From NCBI GenBank assembly GCA_964592405.1, contig CAZQBY010000005.1, forward strand, positions 13,306 through 77,305: DNA of 64,000 bases. The letters are read 5' to 3'. Under the pieces are notes generated by a model that had not been told where the DNA came from, made no database searches, and saw nothing but the letters and a program-made list of their open reading frames with translations. The position numbers and the translations under genes are program-made. The DNA comes from an uncultured archaeon. GTDB lineage: Archaea; Altiarchaeota; Altiarchaeia; JAFGQM01. Numbering within the stretch: position 1 is the stretch's first letter; each line of letters starts with the position of its first letter. Shown here piece by piece: positions 47,809-56,521 of the stretch.

Positions 47809-50800
47809 ATGAAGCGTGAAGACATAGGAAAGGTCCTGATAATAGGAAGCGGCCCGATACAGATAGGTCAGGCTGCCGAGTTCGATTACAGTGGCAGCCA
47901 GGCATGTCTTAGTCTGAGAGAGGAGGGTATCCGGACAGTCTTGGTAAACAACAATCCTGCCACCATACAGACTGATACTGATATTGCCGATGTGGTCTAT
48001 CTGGAGCCGTTGATGCCAGAGAGTCTGGAAAAAATAATAAAAACAGAGCAACCTGACGGCATACTGCCAACTATGGGTGGACAGACCGGGCTGAACTTGG
48101 CAGTTGAGCTAGACCGCCTTGGTATCCTGGACAGATATGGTGTTGAGGTTCTTGGAACCCCAATTGACACAATCAAGAAGGCCGAAGGACGAAAAGAATT
48201 TGCAGAGCTGATGAACAAAATTGGTGAGCCCATATGCAAGAGCAAATCCGTTTTTAGTCTGCACGAGGCACAGGAGGCAATATTTGACATAGGTTATCCT
48301 GCAATAATAAGACCAGGATACACCCTTGGGGGAACTGGTGGGGGGGTGGTGTTTGATGAAAAGGACCTCCCTAGAATAGTCCAGCGCGCACTCAGCAGAA
48401 GCAAGAACGGCGAAGCACTGGTAGAGGAATATGTCGGAGGGTGGAAGGAGATAGAATATGAAGTCATGCGCGATTCAAATGACAACTGCATAACTGTCTG
48501 CAACATGGAGAATGTTGACCCAATGGGAATACACACGGGTGAGAGCATAGTCGTTGCTCCGACCCAGACGCTTAACGATATGGAATATCAGCTGCTCCGA
48601 ACAGCATCGCTCAATATTATACGCGCGCTTGGTGTGGAGGGTGGATGTAATGTCCAACTGGCCCTGCACCCGAAGACCATGGACTATCGGGTAATTGAGG
48701 TCAATCCAAGGGTTTCAAGGTCATCTGCCCTGGCCTCCAAGGCCACGGGCTATCCAATCGCACGTGTGGCGGCAAAGATAGCCGTTGGCATGACATTGGA
48801 TGAAATACCCAACGAAGTTACAAAAACTACCCCGGCTTCTTTTGAGCCAGCCTTGGACTATATAGTATGCAAGATACCACGCTGGCCATTTGACAAATTC
48901 AGGGGAATGTCACGCAGAATAGGGACTGAGATGAAGAGTACAGGAGAGGTAATGAGTATCGGCAGGACATTTGAAGAAGCCCTTCAGAAAGCCATACGCT
49001 CTCTGGACCAGAGAAGAATGGGCATATGTGCAGATGGGCGCCGGGAGGAAAAAAACGACGACATTATAAAAGAGCAACTGGAAAACCCAACCGATACACG
49101 CATATTCTATCTCTATGATGCGCTTAAGAAGGGCTGGAGTATAAATGAGCTTTATAAATACACCAAGATAGACCGATTCTTCTTGGAGAAACTCGGGAAT
49201 ATAGTCAGGATGGAGGAGCAGCTTAAGAGGGCAGGAAACAGGCTGACTCCAAAGCTGTTGCGGAAGGCCAAGAGGCTTGGCTTCTCCGATTTCCAGATAG
49301 CAAATTTGTCCGGAAGGTCTGAGAGGGATATCAGGGAGCTAAGGAAGGGACACAAAATCGAAACGACGTTCAAAATGGTTGACACCTGCGCGGCTGAGTT
49401 TGAGGCAAAAACACCATATTATTACTCAAGTTATGAGACTGAGAATGAGACCAAGACATCACACCGAAAGAAGGTTATTATCCTTGGAGGGGGTCCGATA
49501 CGTATAGGGCAGGGCGTTGAATTCGATTACTGCACTGTTCATGCAGTTCTGGCCCTGAGGGAGATGGGATATGAAGCCATCATAATCAACAATAATCCGG
49601 AGACTGTATCAACGGATTTTGACACCTCAGATAAGCTGTATTTTGAGCCCCTAACCGTGGAGGATGTCCTGAATGTAGTTGACCGGGAGAAGGAAAACCT
49701 AGTCGGCATTATGGTGCAGTTTGGTGGTCAGACTGCAATAAATATCTCCGAAGGGCTGGCGGATTCCGGAGTGAGGATACTTGGGACACCGGCCGAGGCA
49801 ATAAATCTGGCAGAGGACCGGAAGAGCTTTGGGAGAATGCTAAAAAAACTGGGAATTCCCTCTCCGGAGTGGGGTACTGCAATGTCATTTGACGAGGCTC
49901 TGGAAACTGCACACAAAATCGGATATCCTGTCTTGGTAAGGCCCTCCTATGTTCTTGGTGGCAGGGCAATGGAGATAGTGTTCAATGATGAGGATCTGGA
50001 GTCTTATATGAGGGAGGCAACCAGAGTCTCACCAAAACATCCCATACTAATAGATAAATTCTTGGATGGAGCAACGGAGATAGATGTGGACGCTGTCTGT
50101 GATGGAAAGGATGTTTATGTAGGTGGTATAATGGAGCATATAGAAGAAGCAGGCATACACTCCGGAGACTCCTGCTGTGTTGTCCCGCCGCAAATACTTG
50201 ATGAGGAGACAATCAGCACGATAACTGAATACACCAAGAAACTGGCTTTGGGCCTTAAGACCCTCGGGCTGATAAACATACAGTATGCAGTAAAGGATAA
50301 GAGGGTCTATGTTCTGGAGGCAAACCCGCGTTCATCAAGGACCATACCCTTCATTTCCAAAGCCACGGGTGTCCCACTTGCCAAGATTGCAGTCAGGGTG
50401 ATAATGGGCGAGAGACTGAGGGACATCCTGGACAGCTTTGATTATACAAGGAAGATTAACCACGTGGCTGTCAAGGAGGTTGTACTTCCATTTGACAAGT
50501 TGAGAATAGACCCGATATTAACTCCCGAAATGCGCAGTACTGGGGAATCCATGGGAATAGACCACAACTTTGGTAATGCATACTACAAAGCGCAATACGG
50601 GGCAGGGATACGCCTGCCGGATAGGGGCAACGTCTTCTTCTCAATAGGCGATGACAGGGAAAAAAAGGAGGCTGCCAAACTGGCAAAGCAGCTGGCTGAC
50701 ATGGGTTTTGACATCTATGCTACAGAGGGGACCTACAATGTTATGCTAAGAGAGGGGGTCGGTGCGCACATGCTAAAGAAGGTGAGCGAAGGCAGCCCAA

Positions 50801-51039
50801 ATGCTGTTGACATGATAGAAGGGAAAAGACTGGACTTTGTGATAAATGTCCCAAAAAGAGGGGTAAAGGCACGTGATGACGAGCGCCGTATAAGGTTTGC
50901 CGTGCTGGACTATGACATCCCATATGTGACGACCATGGCTGGGGCGAGGGCAGCAGTGGAGGCAATAAAAAGCGCGCGGGCAGGCGACATAGAAACAAGG
51001 AGTCTAAACAATTATTTTGAAAAAACCAAAGAAAACTGA
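47809..51039 (+). CDS. carB: Carbamoyl-phosphate synthase large subunit. Start likely MKREDIGKVLIIGSGPI; the ORF track begins at 47764.
   Basis: Duplicated ATP-grasp halves (GSGPIQIGQAAEFDYSG / GGGPIRIGQGVEFDY), MGS-like C-terminal domain. Confidence 0.95.
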   Translation: MKREDIGKVLIIGSGPIQIGQAAEFDYSGSQACLSLREEGIRTVLVNNNPATIQTDTDIADVVYLEPLMPESLEKIIKTEQPDGILPTMGGQTGLNLAVELDRLGILDRYGVEVLGTPIDTIKKAEGRKEFAELMNKIGEPICKSKSVFSLHEAQEAIFDIGYPAIIRPGYTLGGTGGGVVFDEKDLPRIVQRALSRSKNGEALVEEYVGGWKEIEYEVMRDSNDNCITVCNMENVDPMGIHTGESIVVAPTQTLNDMEYQLLRTASLNIIRALGVEGGCNVQLALHPKTMDYRVIEVNPRVSRSSALASKATGYPIARVAAKIAVGMTLDEIPNEVTKTTPASFEPALDYIVCKIPRWPFDKFRGMSRRIGTEMKSTGEVMSIGRTFEEALQKAIRSLDQRRMGICADGRREEKNDDIIKEQLENPTDTRIFYLYDALKKGWSINELYKYTKIDRFFLEKLGNIVRMEEQLKRAGNRLTPKLLRKAKRLGFSDFQIANLSGRSERDIRELRKGHKIETTFKMVDTCAAEFEAKTPYYYSSYETENETKTSHRKKVIILGGGPIRIGQGVEFDYCTVHAVLALREMGYEAIIINNNPETVSTDFDTSDKLYFEPLTVEDVLNVVDREKENLVGIMVQFGGQTAINISEGLADSGVRILGTPAEAINLAEDRKSFGRMLKKLGIPSPEWGTAMSFDEALETAHKIGYPVLVRPSYVLGGRAMEIVFNDEDLESYMREATRVSPKHPILIDKFLDGATEIDVDAVCDGKDVYVGGIMEHIEEAGIHSGDSCCVVPPQILDEETISTITEYTKKLALGLKTLGLINIQYAVKDKRVYVLEANPRSSRTIPFISKATGVPLAKIAVRVIMGERLRDILDSFDYTRKINHVAVKEVVLPFDKLRIDPILTPEMRSTGESMGIDHNFGNAYYKAQYGAGIRLPDRGNVFFSIGDDREKKEAAKLAKQLADMGFDIYATEGTYNVMLREGVGAHMLKKVSEGSPNAVDMIEGKRLDFVINVPKRGVKARDDERRIRFAVLDYDIPYVTTMAGARAAVEAIKSARAGDIETRSLNNYFEKTKEN

Positions 51040-51071
51040 GAATTTTAATAATCAAAGACCTAAACTAAACG

Positions 51072-51971
51072 ATGGATATTATCTCTACAAGATCGATGGA
51101 TAAGGATCTTATAGAAGAGATTATCGGGAGTGCCAAAAGATATGATTCAGACAAGGACTTTACTAATGTCTTGAGGGGAAAGATACTTGCAACCCTCTTC
51201 TTCGAACCCTCCACAAGGACCCGCTTCTCTTTTCAGACAGCCATGCAGAGATTGGGTGGAAAGTGTGTGGGGTTTTCATCGGTGGAGGGAACGTCTGTCA
51301 AGAAGGGTGAGACCCTTGTGGACACAATAAGGATTATCTCCGGCTATGCAGACTGCATTGTTGTGCGCCACTCCAAGGAAGGGGCGGCCAAACTGGCTTC
51401 TGAAGTATCTCAGGTTCCGGTTATAAACGGTGGTGACGGGAGCCACGACCACCCGACACAGACACTTCTGGATTTATACACCATCAGAAAGAATCTTGGC
51501 GGCTTTGACGGATTGAACATAGGCATTTGTGGTGATTTGAGATATGGCAGAACTGGCAGACCCCTGTCAATAGCCCTTAGTAATTGGAATGTCAATCTGT
51601 ATTATATCTCCCCCCCACAGCTCAGTATGGACAAGGGGACCATACGCTATCTAAAAAGCTCGGGCATAACTGTCAATGAGGTCATGAAGATTGAGCAGGT
51701 CATAAAGGAGCTGGATGTACTCTACATGACGCGCATACAAAGAGAGAGGTTTCCAACAGAAGAGGAGTATCTGAAGTTTAAGGGAGTCTATGTGGTTGAT
51801 AAGGAGCTCATGTCTAAGGCCAAGGAGGATTTTATACTTATGCATCCACTGCCCCGCGTGGATGAGATAAGTACTGAGGTGGATAGTGACCCACGTGCCA
51901 AATACTTTGAGCAGGCACGCAATGGCATACCAACAAGAATGGCAGTTCTCCACAAGGCAATTACAGGATGA
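51072..51971 (+). CDS. pyrB: Aspartate carbamoyltransferase catalytic subunit
   Basis: STRTRFSFQTAM, HPTQ, HPLPRVDEI motifs. Confidence 0.92.
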   Translation: MDIISTRSMDKDLIEEIIGSAKRYDSDKDFTNVLRGKILATLFFEPSTRTRFSFQTAMQRLGGKCVGFSSVEGTSVKKGETLVDTIRIISGYADCIVVRHSKEGAAKLASEVSQVPVINGGDGSHDHPTQTLLDLYTIRKNLGGFDGLNIGICGDLRYGRTGRPLSIALSNWNVNLYYISPPQLSMDKGTIRYLKSSGITVNEVMKIEQVIKELDVLYMTRIQRERFPTEEEYLKFKGVYVVDKELMSKAKEDFILMHPLPRVDEISTEVDSDPRAKYFEQARNGIPTRMAVLHKAITG

Positions 51972-52417
51972 CTAAAAAAACCCTAAAGGTGCAGAAAATT
52001 GAAGAGGGGACGGTAATAGATCATATAACTGCAGGTAAGGGTTGGGAGGTCGTCAGACTGCTTGGCTTTGAGGAATTTCCGGAGACAGTTATGGTTCTAT
52101 CTAATGTCCATTCAAGAAGTATGGGTAAGAAAGATGTTATAAAGGTTGAACACAAACAGCTGGACAAAAATGAGGTTAATAAGATAGCTCTTGTTTCCCC
52201 AAAGGCGTCTGTCAATCTGATCAGGGAATTTGAGGTTAAAAAGAAGTACAGGGTAGAACTCGAGAAGGAGATTATCGGGATACTTAGATGCACAAACCCG
52301 GCCTGTGTTACCCACGTGGAGCCGGTAAAGACAAGATTCACGGTCGAGAAACAGGATCCTCTGACTCTCAGGTGTACCTACTGTGAGAGGATACAAAGGG
52401 GATTGGACTTCGTCTGA
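51968..52417 (+). CDS. pyrI: Aspartate carbamoyltransferase regulatory subunit
   Basis: 149 aa; C-terminal zinc domain CTNPAC...CTYCERI; 4-nt overlap with pyrB. Confidence 0.9.
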   Translation: MTKKTLKVQKIEEGTVIDHITAGKGWEVVRLLGFEEFPETVMVLSNVHSRSMGKKDVIKVEHKQLDKNEVNKIALVSPKASVNLIREFEVKKKYRVELEKEIIGILRCTNPACVTHVEPVKTRFTVEKQDPLTLRCTYCERIQRGLDFV

Positions 52418-52422
52418 ATATT

Positions 52423-52707
52423 ATGGCAGGTAGAGGCAGGAGACGCGCAAGAAGAGTTGCAGATGTGAGGCCCCCCCTTATCCCACTCATGGCCAGAGGG
52501 GAACTCCAAAGGCTGAAAGAAAAACACAGTGGGCCCCAAAGTGATTCAATGTTTGCGGCAGAGTTTGTCAAATTAGCGAAGCGACATGGCATAAGCCCTA
52601 TGGATTTAATCCGGTTTGGTCTTACCAAAAACCCACCCGACCAGCGCAGGATTATAGCTATTCTGAATGAACTTGATCCGGAAGCAAATGCCCGACCACT
52701 GGATTAA
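52423..52707 (+). CDS. Hypothetical small basic protein, possibly spurious. Fills the convergent pyrI/argF gap exactly.
   Basis: 94 aa ORF only; Arg-rich N-terminus; no motif. Confidence 0.25.
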   Translation: MAGRGRRRARRVADVRPPLIPLMARGELQRLKEKHSGPQSDSMFAAEFVKLAKRHGISPMDLIRFGLTKNPPDQRRIIAILNELDPEANARPLD

Positions 52708-53603
52708 GCGATTTTGAGCAGCCTCAGCATGATAGCATTCTGCATCCACATCCGGTTTTCTGCCTGATCCAGAATCACACTCTGCGGCCCATCTATGACC
52801 TCGGTTGCCACTTCCTCGCCACGGTGGGCAGGCAGACAGTGCATGAAGATGGCTTTTGGCTTTGCAAGCTTCATCAGGCCCTTGGTAACGCGGTACCCAT
52901 CCAAATCAGCAAGCCTTTTTGTGCGCTCATCCTCGGCGATGTGCATGCTCATCCATGTATCGGTGTAGACGACGTCTGCCCCTTTGACAGCATCTTTTAC
53001 ATCATGCATCAGCTTGCACCCCTTCTCCACAACGGGCCCATAGCCCTCCGGGAAGCCACAGCGGAGCTCGATGCCCAGTTTGGGCGCGGCGGCTGCCCAC
53101 GAATTGCACGTGTTGTTTGAGCAGTCGCCAACAAAAGCCACTTTCAGGCCCTCTAGTTTTCCAAATTTCTCGGAAACCGTGAGCAGATCACTAAGTATCT
53201 GGCAGGGATGATTGGTGTTTGTCAGCCCGTTTATCACCGGCACGGTCGCGCTTTTGGCGAGCTCTTCGATTGTAGAATATTCAAAAACACGCGCCATTAT
53301 GAGGTCCACATACCGGCTTGTCACACGTGCCGTATCCCCTATGGTTTCTCCGCGGCCCAGCTGTATATCACCTTTGGAGAGAAAAATCGCCGAACCACCC
53401 ATTTTTGACATGCCGGCCTCAAAAGAAACCCGCGTTCGGAGTGAAGGCTTCTCAAATATCATGCCAAGAACCCGGCCCTCCATTGCCTTTGCATATTTTT
53501 CCGGATTGAATTTTATGTCTTTAGCCAAAGCCAGCAAATCGAGGATTTCTTCCTTAGTGAGATCTCCAAGATTTATAAGGTTCTCCATAACACGGTTCTC
53601 CAT
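52704..53603 (-). CDS. argF: Ornithine carbamoyltransferase
   Basis: STRTRVSFE, DxxxSMG-like region, HCLPAHRGEE. Confidence 0.9.
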   Translation of the reverse strand: MENRVMENLINLGDLTKEEILDLLALAKDIKFNPEKYAKAMEGRVLGMIFEKPSLRTRVSFEAGMSKMGGSAIFLSKGDIQLGRGETIGDTARVTSRYVDLIMARVFEYSTIEELAKSATVPVINGLTNTNHPCQILSDLLTVSEKFGKLEGLKVAFVGDCSNNTCNSWAAAAPKLGIELRCGFPEGYGPVVEKGCKLMHDVKDAVKGADVVYTDTWMSMHIAEDERTKRLADLDGYRVTKGLMKLAKPKAIFMHCLPAHRGEEVATEVIDGPQSVILDQAENRMWMQNAIMLRLLKIA

Positions 53604-53642
53604 AACATTAATGTTTGGACTCTTTCCCAGTTTTGAAATTTT

Positions 53643-53716
53643 TGCATATATCCTTGCATATATCCTTTAATCCTTTATCCTTTGGATATCTTTTGGATAT
53701 ATTGTTATCGGATATT
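53643..53716. promoter_or_regulatory. Operator-like array in the divergent argF/argG promoter region: ATATCC x2 then GGATAT x3
   Basis: tgcatatatcct tgcatatatcct ... tggatatc ttttggatatat tgttatcggatat; half-site spacing of about 11 and 15 bp. Confidence 0.5.
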
Positions 53717-53824
53717 TTACGAGGAGACTTATAAAATAAGGATAAAATAAGGCCATAAGATAGGCATCAATTAAGGGTTTAAATAATCTGTGTTTAAAAC
53801 TTCGGGGGGTATTCGAAATCGAAA

Positions 53825-55060
53825 ATGGGTGTGCACGAAATCCTAAAAAAGATTGAGACAGTTCCGGTTCCAAAAGTGGAGAAGGTCTGTCTGGCCTATT
53901 CCGGAGGTCTGGATTCATCACTTGGTGCGGAGCTTCTAAGGCGCAAATATAAGGCAAAAGAGATTGTGCCAATAACCGTGGATGTTGGACAAGGGGAAGA
54001 AGAGATAGCAGAGAGCAGACGAAAGGCCAAGATACTCGGTATCAGGCCAATACTCATAGATGCAAAAAAGGAGTTCACGGAGAAATGGCTGACAAAAGCC
54101 ATAAGGGCGAATTCTGATTATGAGGGATATCCTGTTTCCACCTCCATGACCCGGCAGCTTGTAGGGAAGATAGTCGCAAAAAAGGCACGTGAGCTTGGAT
54201 GCGATGCAATAATGGAGGGATCAAGTGGCAAGGGCAATGATCAATATCGCCTCCACAACACCATCAAGATATTCGCCCCTGAGATAAAGATACTTGTCCC
54301 TGTCAGGGATTTCGATCTTACCCGGACTGAGGAGGAGCAGCTCTGCAGGGAGTGGGGAGTCCCGGTCACAGAGATGATAAGTGGCGGAGATGACAAGACC
54401 ATGTGGTGTAGATCAATAGCAAGCGGCGCCATAGATCTAAATCAGGAACTTCCAGATAATATCTGGATGTGGCTGGTGCCACCAGAGAAAGCCGGTGATG
54501 GGGGGGAAGAGATTGAGATTGAGTTTGAGAGGGGAATACCTGTGGCAATGGACGGCAGGAGAATGCCGCTCGACCAGCTAATAGAAAAGCTGAACATCGT
54601 GGCCGGCCGCAATGGTATAGGCAAGATTGATATGTTTGAGGACGGCATCATGGGTCTGAAAAGCAGGGAGATATATGAAGCTCCTGCGGCCCATGTTATC
54701 CTCAAGCTCCATAGGGATCTGGAGGGCATGTGTCTGACGAAGGAAGAGCGCATGTTCAAGGCGGCTGTAGACCAGAAATGGGCTTACCTAACATACCATG
54801 GTATGTTCTTCCACCCGCTACGCGCAGAGCTGGATGCGTTCATTGAGAAATCGCAGGAGTTCGTGAATGGTATCTACAGGGTGAAGCTCTACAAGGGTAA
54901 CATAGACATAATATCGCGCGCATCTGATACCTCGTTGTTCTCCGAGGAGATACGTTCAATAAAGAGCAGGGGCTTCAATCAGCGAGCCTGTGCAGATGCT
55001 GCAAAGATACGTGGTCTGCCCTTTGAGATACTTGCAAAGAGGAAGATTCCGGAGGAATAG
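53825..55060 (+). CDS. Argininosuccinate synthase paralog (divergent ArgG-like PP-loop ATPase)
   Basis: LAYSGGLDSS PP-loop and ...GKGNDQYR... present. Substrate-loop regions differ from the canonical copy at 58641-59828 (MEGSSGKGNDQYRLH vs AHGATGKGNDQVRFE). Confidence 0.7.
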   Translation: MGVHEILKKIETVPVPKVEKVCLAYSGGLDSSLGAELLRRKYKAKEIVPITVDVGQGEEEIAESRRKAKILGIRPILIDAKKEFTEKWLTKAIRANSDYEGYPVSTSMTRQLVGKIVAKKARELGCDAIMEGSSGKGNDQYRLHNTIKIFAPEIKILVPVRDFDLTRTEEEQLCREWGVPVTEMISGGDDKTMWCRSIASGAIDLNQELPDNIWMWLVPPEKAGDGGEEIEIEFERGIPVAMDGRRMPLDQLIEKLNIVAGRNGIGKIDMFEDGIMGLKSREIYEAPAAHVILKLHRDLEGMCLTKEERMFKAAVDQKWAYLTYHGMFFHPLRAELDAFIEKSQEFVNGIYRVKLYKGNIDIISRASDTSLFSEEIRSIKSRGFNQRACADAAKIRGLPFEILAKRKIPEE

Positions 55061-55112
55061 CTCAGAACCAAGCAACTTCCGGCTTTTTCTTTTATTATGA
55101 GCAAACTTAGCG

Positions 55113-56462
55113 ATGGCCAAGCTTTGGGACAAGGGCTATACCCTCAACAAAGAGGTGGAGAAGTTTACAGTAGGCGAGGACTACATTCTGGACAAGGAAC
55201 TGGTGGAGGCTGACATAGCCGGCAGCATAGCCCACGCCAAGATGCTGGCCAAGATAGGTGTTTTGAAAGAGGCCGAGTTCAGCAAGCTCAGGGCTGAACT
55301 ACTCAGGATCCTAGACTTGCACTACAAGGGCAAGTTTGAGATTAAGCCAGAGGATGAGGATGTCCACACGGCGATTGAGAACCACCTGACCAGCAAGCTT
55401 GGCGACCTAGGCAAGAAGATACATGCCGGACGGTCGCGGAATGATCAGGTGCTGGTGGACTTGCGGCTCTATTCGAAGTTGAAGATTCTGGAGATAGAAG
55501 ATAGCCTGCTGAAGCTCTGCCAGGCCCTGCTGGACTTCGCGGAGAAGAACAAAAACATTCCAATCCCCGGGCGGACACATACCCAGCTGGCGATGCCCAG
55601 CTCACTGGGACTGTGGGCCGGCGCTTATGCCGAGTCGCTGCTGGACGATTTGGAGCTATTGAAGACTGCTTACGATCTCAATGACCAGTGCCCGCTCGGG
55701 AGCGCGGCCAGCTATGGGGTTTCTCTGCCCATAGACCGGCAGATGGTGGCCGATTTGCTGGGCTTCAAGAAGGTCCAGAATAACGTGCTGTACGCCAACA
55801 ACAGCCGGGGGAAGGTGGAATCAATCATACTTGGAGCGCTCTCGCAGGTGATGGTGGACTTAAGCAAGTTCGCCAATGACGCCATTCTCTTCACCATTCC
55901 GGAGCTCGACTATTTTGACCTGCCGGATGAGTTCTGCACCGGCAGCAGCATAATGCCCAACAAGAAGAATCCGGGAGTTCTAGAGCTGGTGCGGGCCAAG
56001 AGCAACAAGGTGCTGGCTGCTTATTATCAAGTAGTCGGAACAATAAAGGACCTGTATTCAGGCTACAACAGGGACTTTCAGGAAACAAAAAAGCCGCTGA
56101 TGGAGGGACTGGCCATAACAAAGGCGTCGCTCGACATATGCGCGCTGGTTGTCTCGGGTCTCAAGGTCAACAGGGTCAAATGTATCCGGGCATGCAGGCC
56201 GGAGATATTCGCCACCGACAAGGCAGTGGAGCTGGTCGGCAAGGGCATGCCATTCCGGGACGCTTACAAGAAGGTGGCTGCGGAGCTGGACAGGCTGGAG
56301 GGGGAGGATGCAGTAGCGAATATAAAGGCAAAAAAGCATCTGGGCGCCACAGGCAATCTGGGACTGGGCAAAGCCGCCGCCAAGATTAAGGCTGAGAAGG
56401 AGAAGTTTACCAAGGAGAAGAAATCGCTCGAGCTCATGTTCTCCAAGCTGAAGAAAATCTAA
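55113..56462 (+). CDS. argH: Argininosuccinate lyase
   Basis: Fumarate lyase signature GSSIMPNKKNP. Confidence 0.93.
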   Translation: MAKLWDKGYTLNKEVEKFTVGEDYILDKELVEADIAGSIAHAKMLAKIGVLKEAEFSKLRAELLRILDLHYKGKFEIKPEDEDVHTAIENHLTSKLGDLGKKIHAGRSRNDQVLVDLRLYSKLKILEIEDSLLKLCQALLDFAEKNKNIPIPGRTHTQLAMPSSLGLWAGAYAESLLDDLELLKTAYDLNDQCPLGSAASYGVSLPIDRQMVADLLGFKKVQNNVLYANNSRGKVESIILGALSQVMVDLSKFANDAILFTIPELDYFDLPDEFCTGSSIMPNKKNPGVLELVRAKSNKVLAAYYQVVGTIKDLYSGYNRDFQETKKPLMEGLAITKASLDICALVVSGLKVNRVKCIRACRPEIFATDKAVELVGKGMPFRDAYKKVAAELDRLEGEDAVANIKAKKHLGATGNLGLGKAAAKIKAEKEKFTKEKKSLELMFSKLKKI

Positions 56463-56521
56463 AACCAGTCTGATTTTTCTTGTAGCCCTTCTTAAACATA
56501 GTAATTTCGGGGGCAGGCAGG

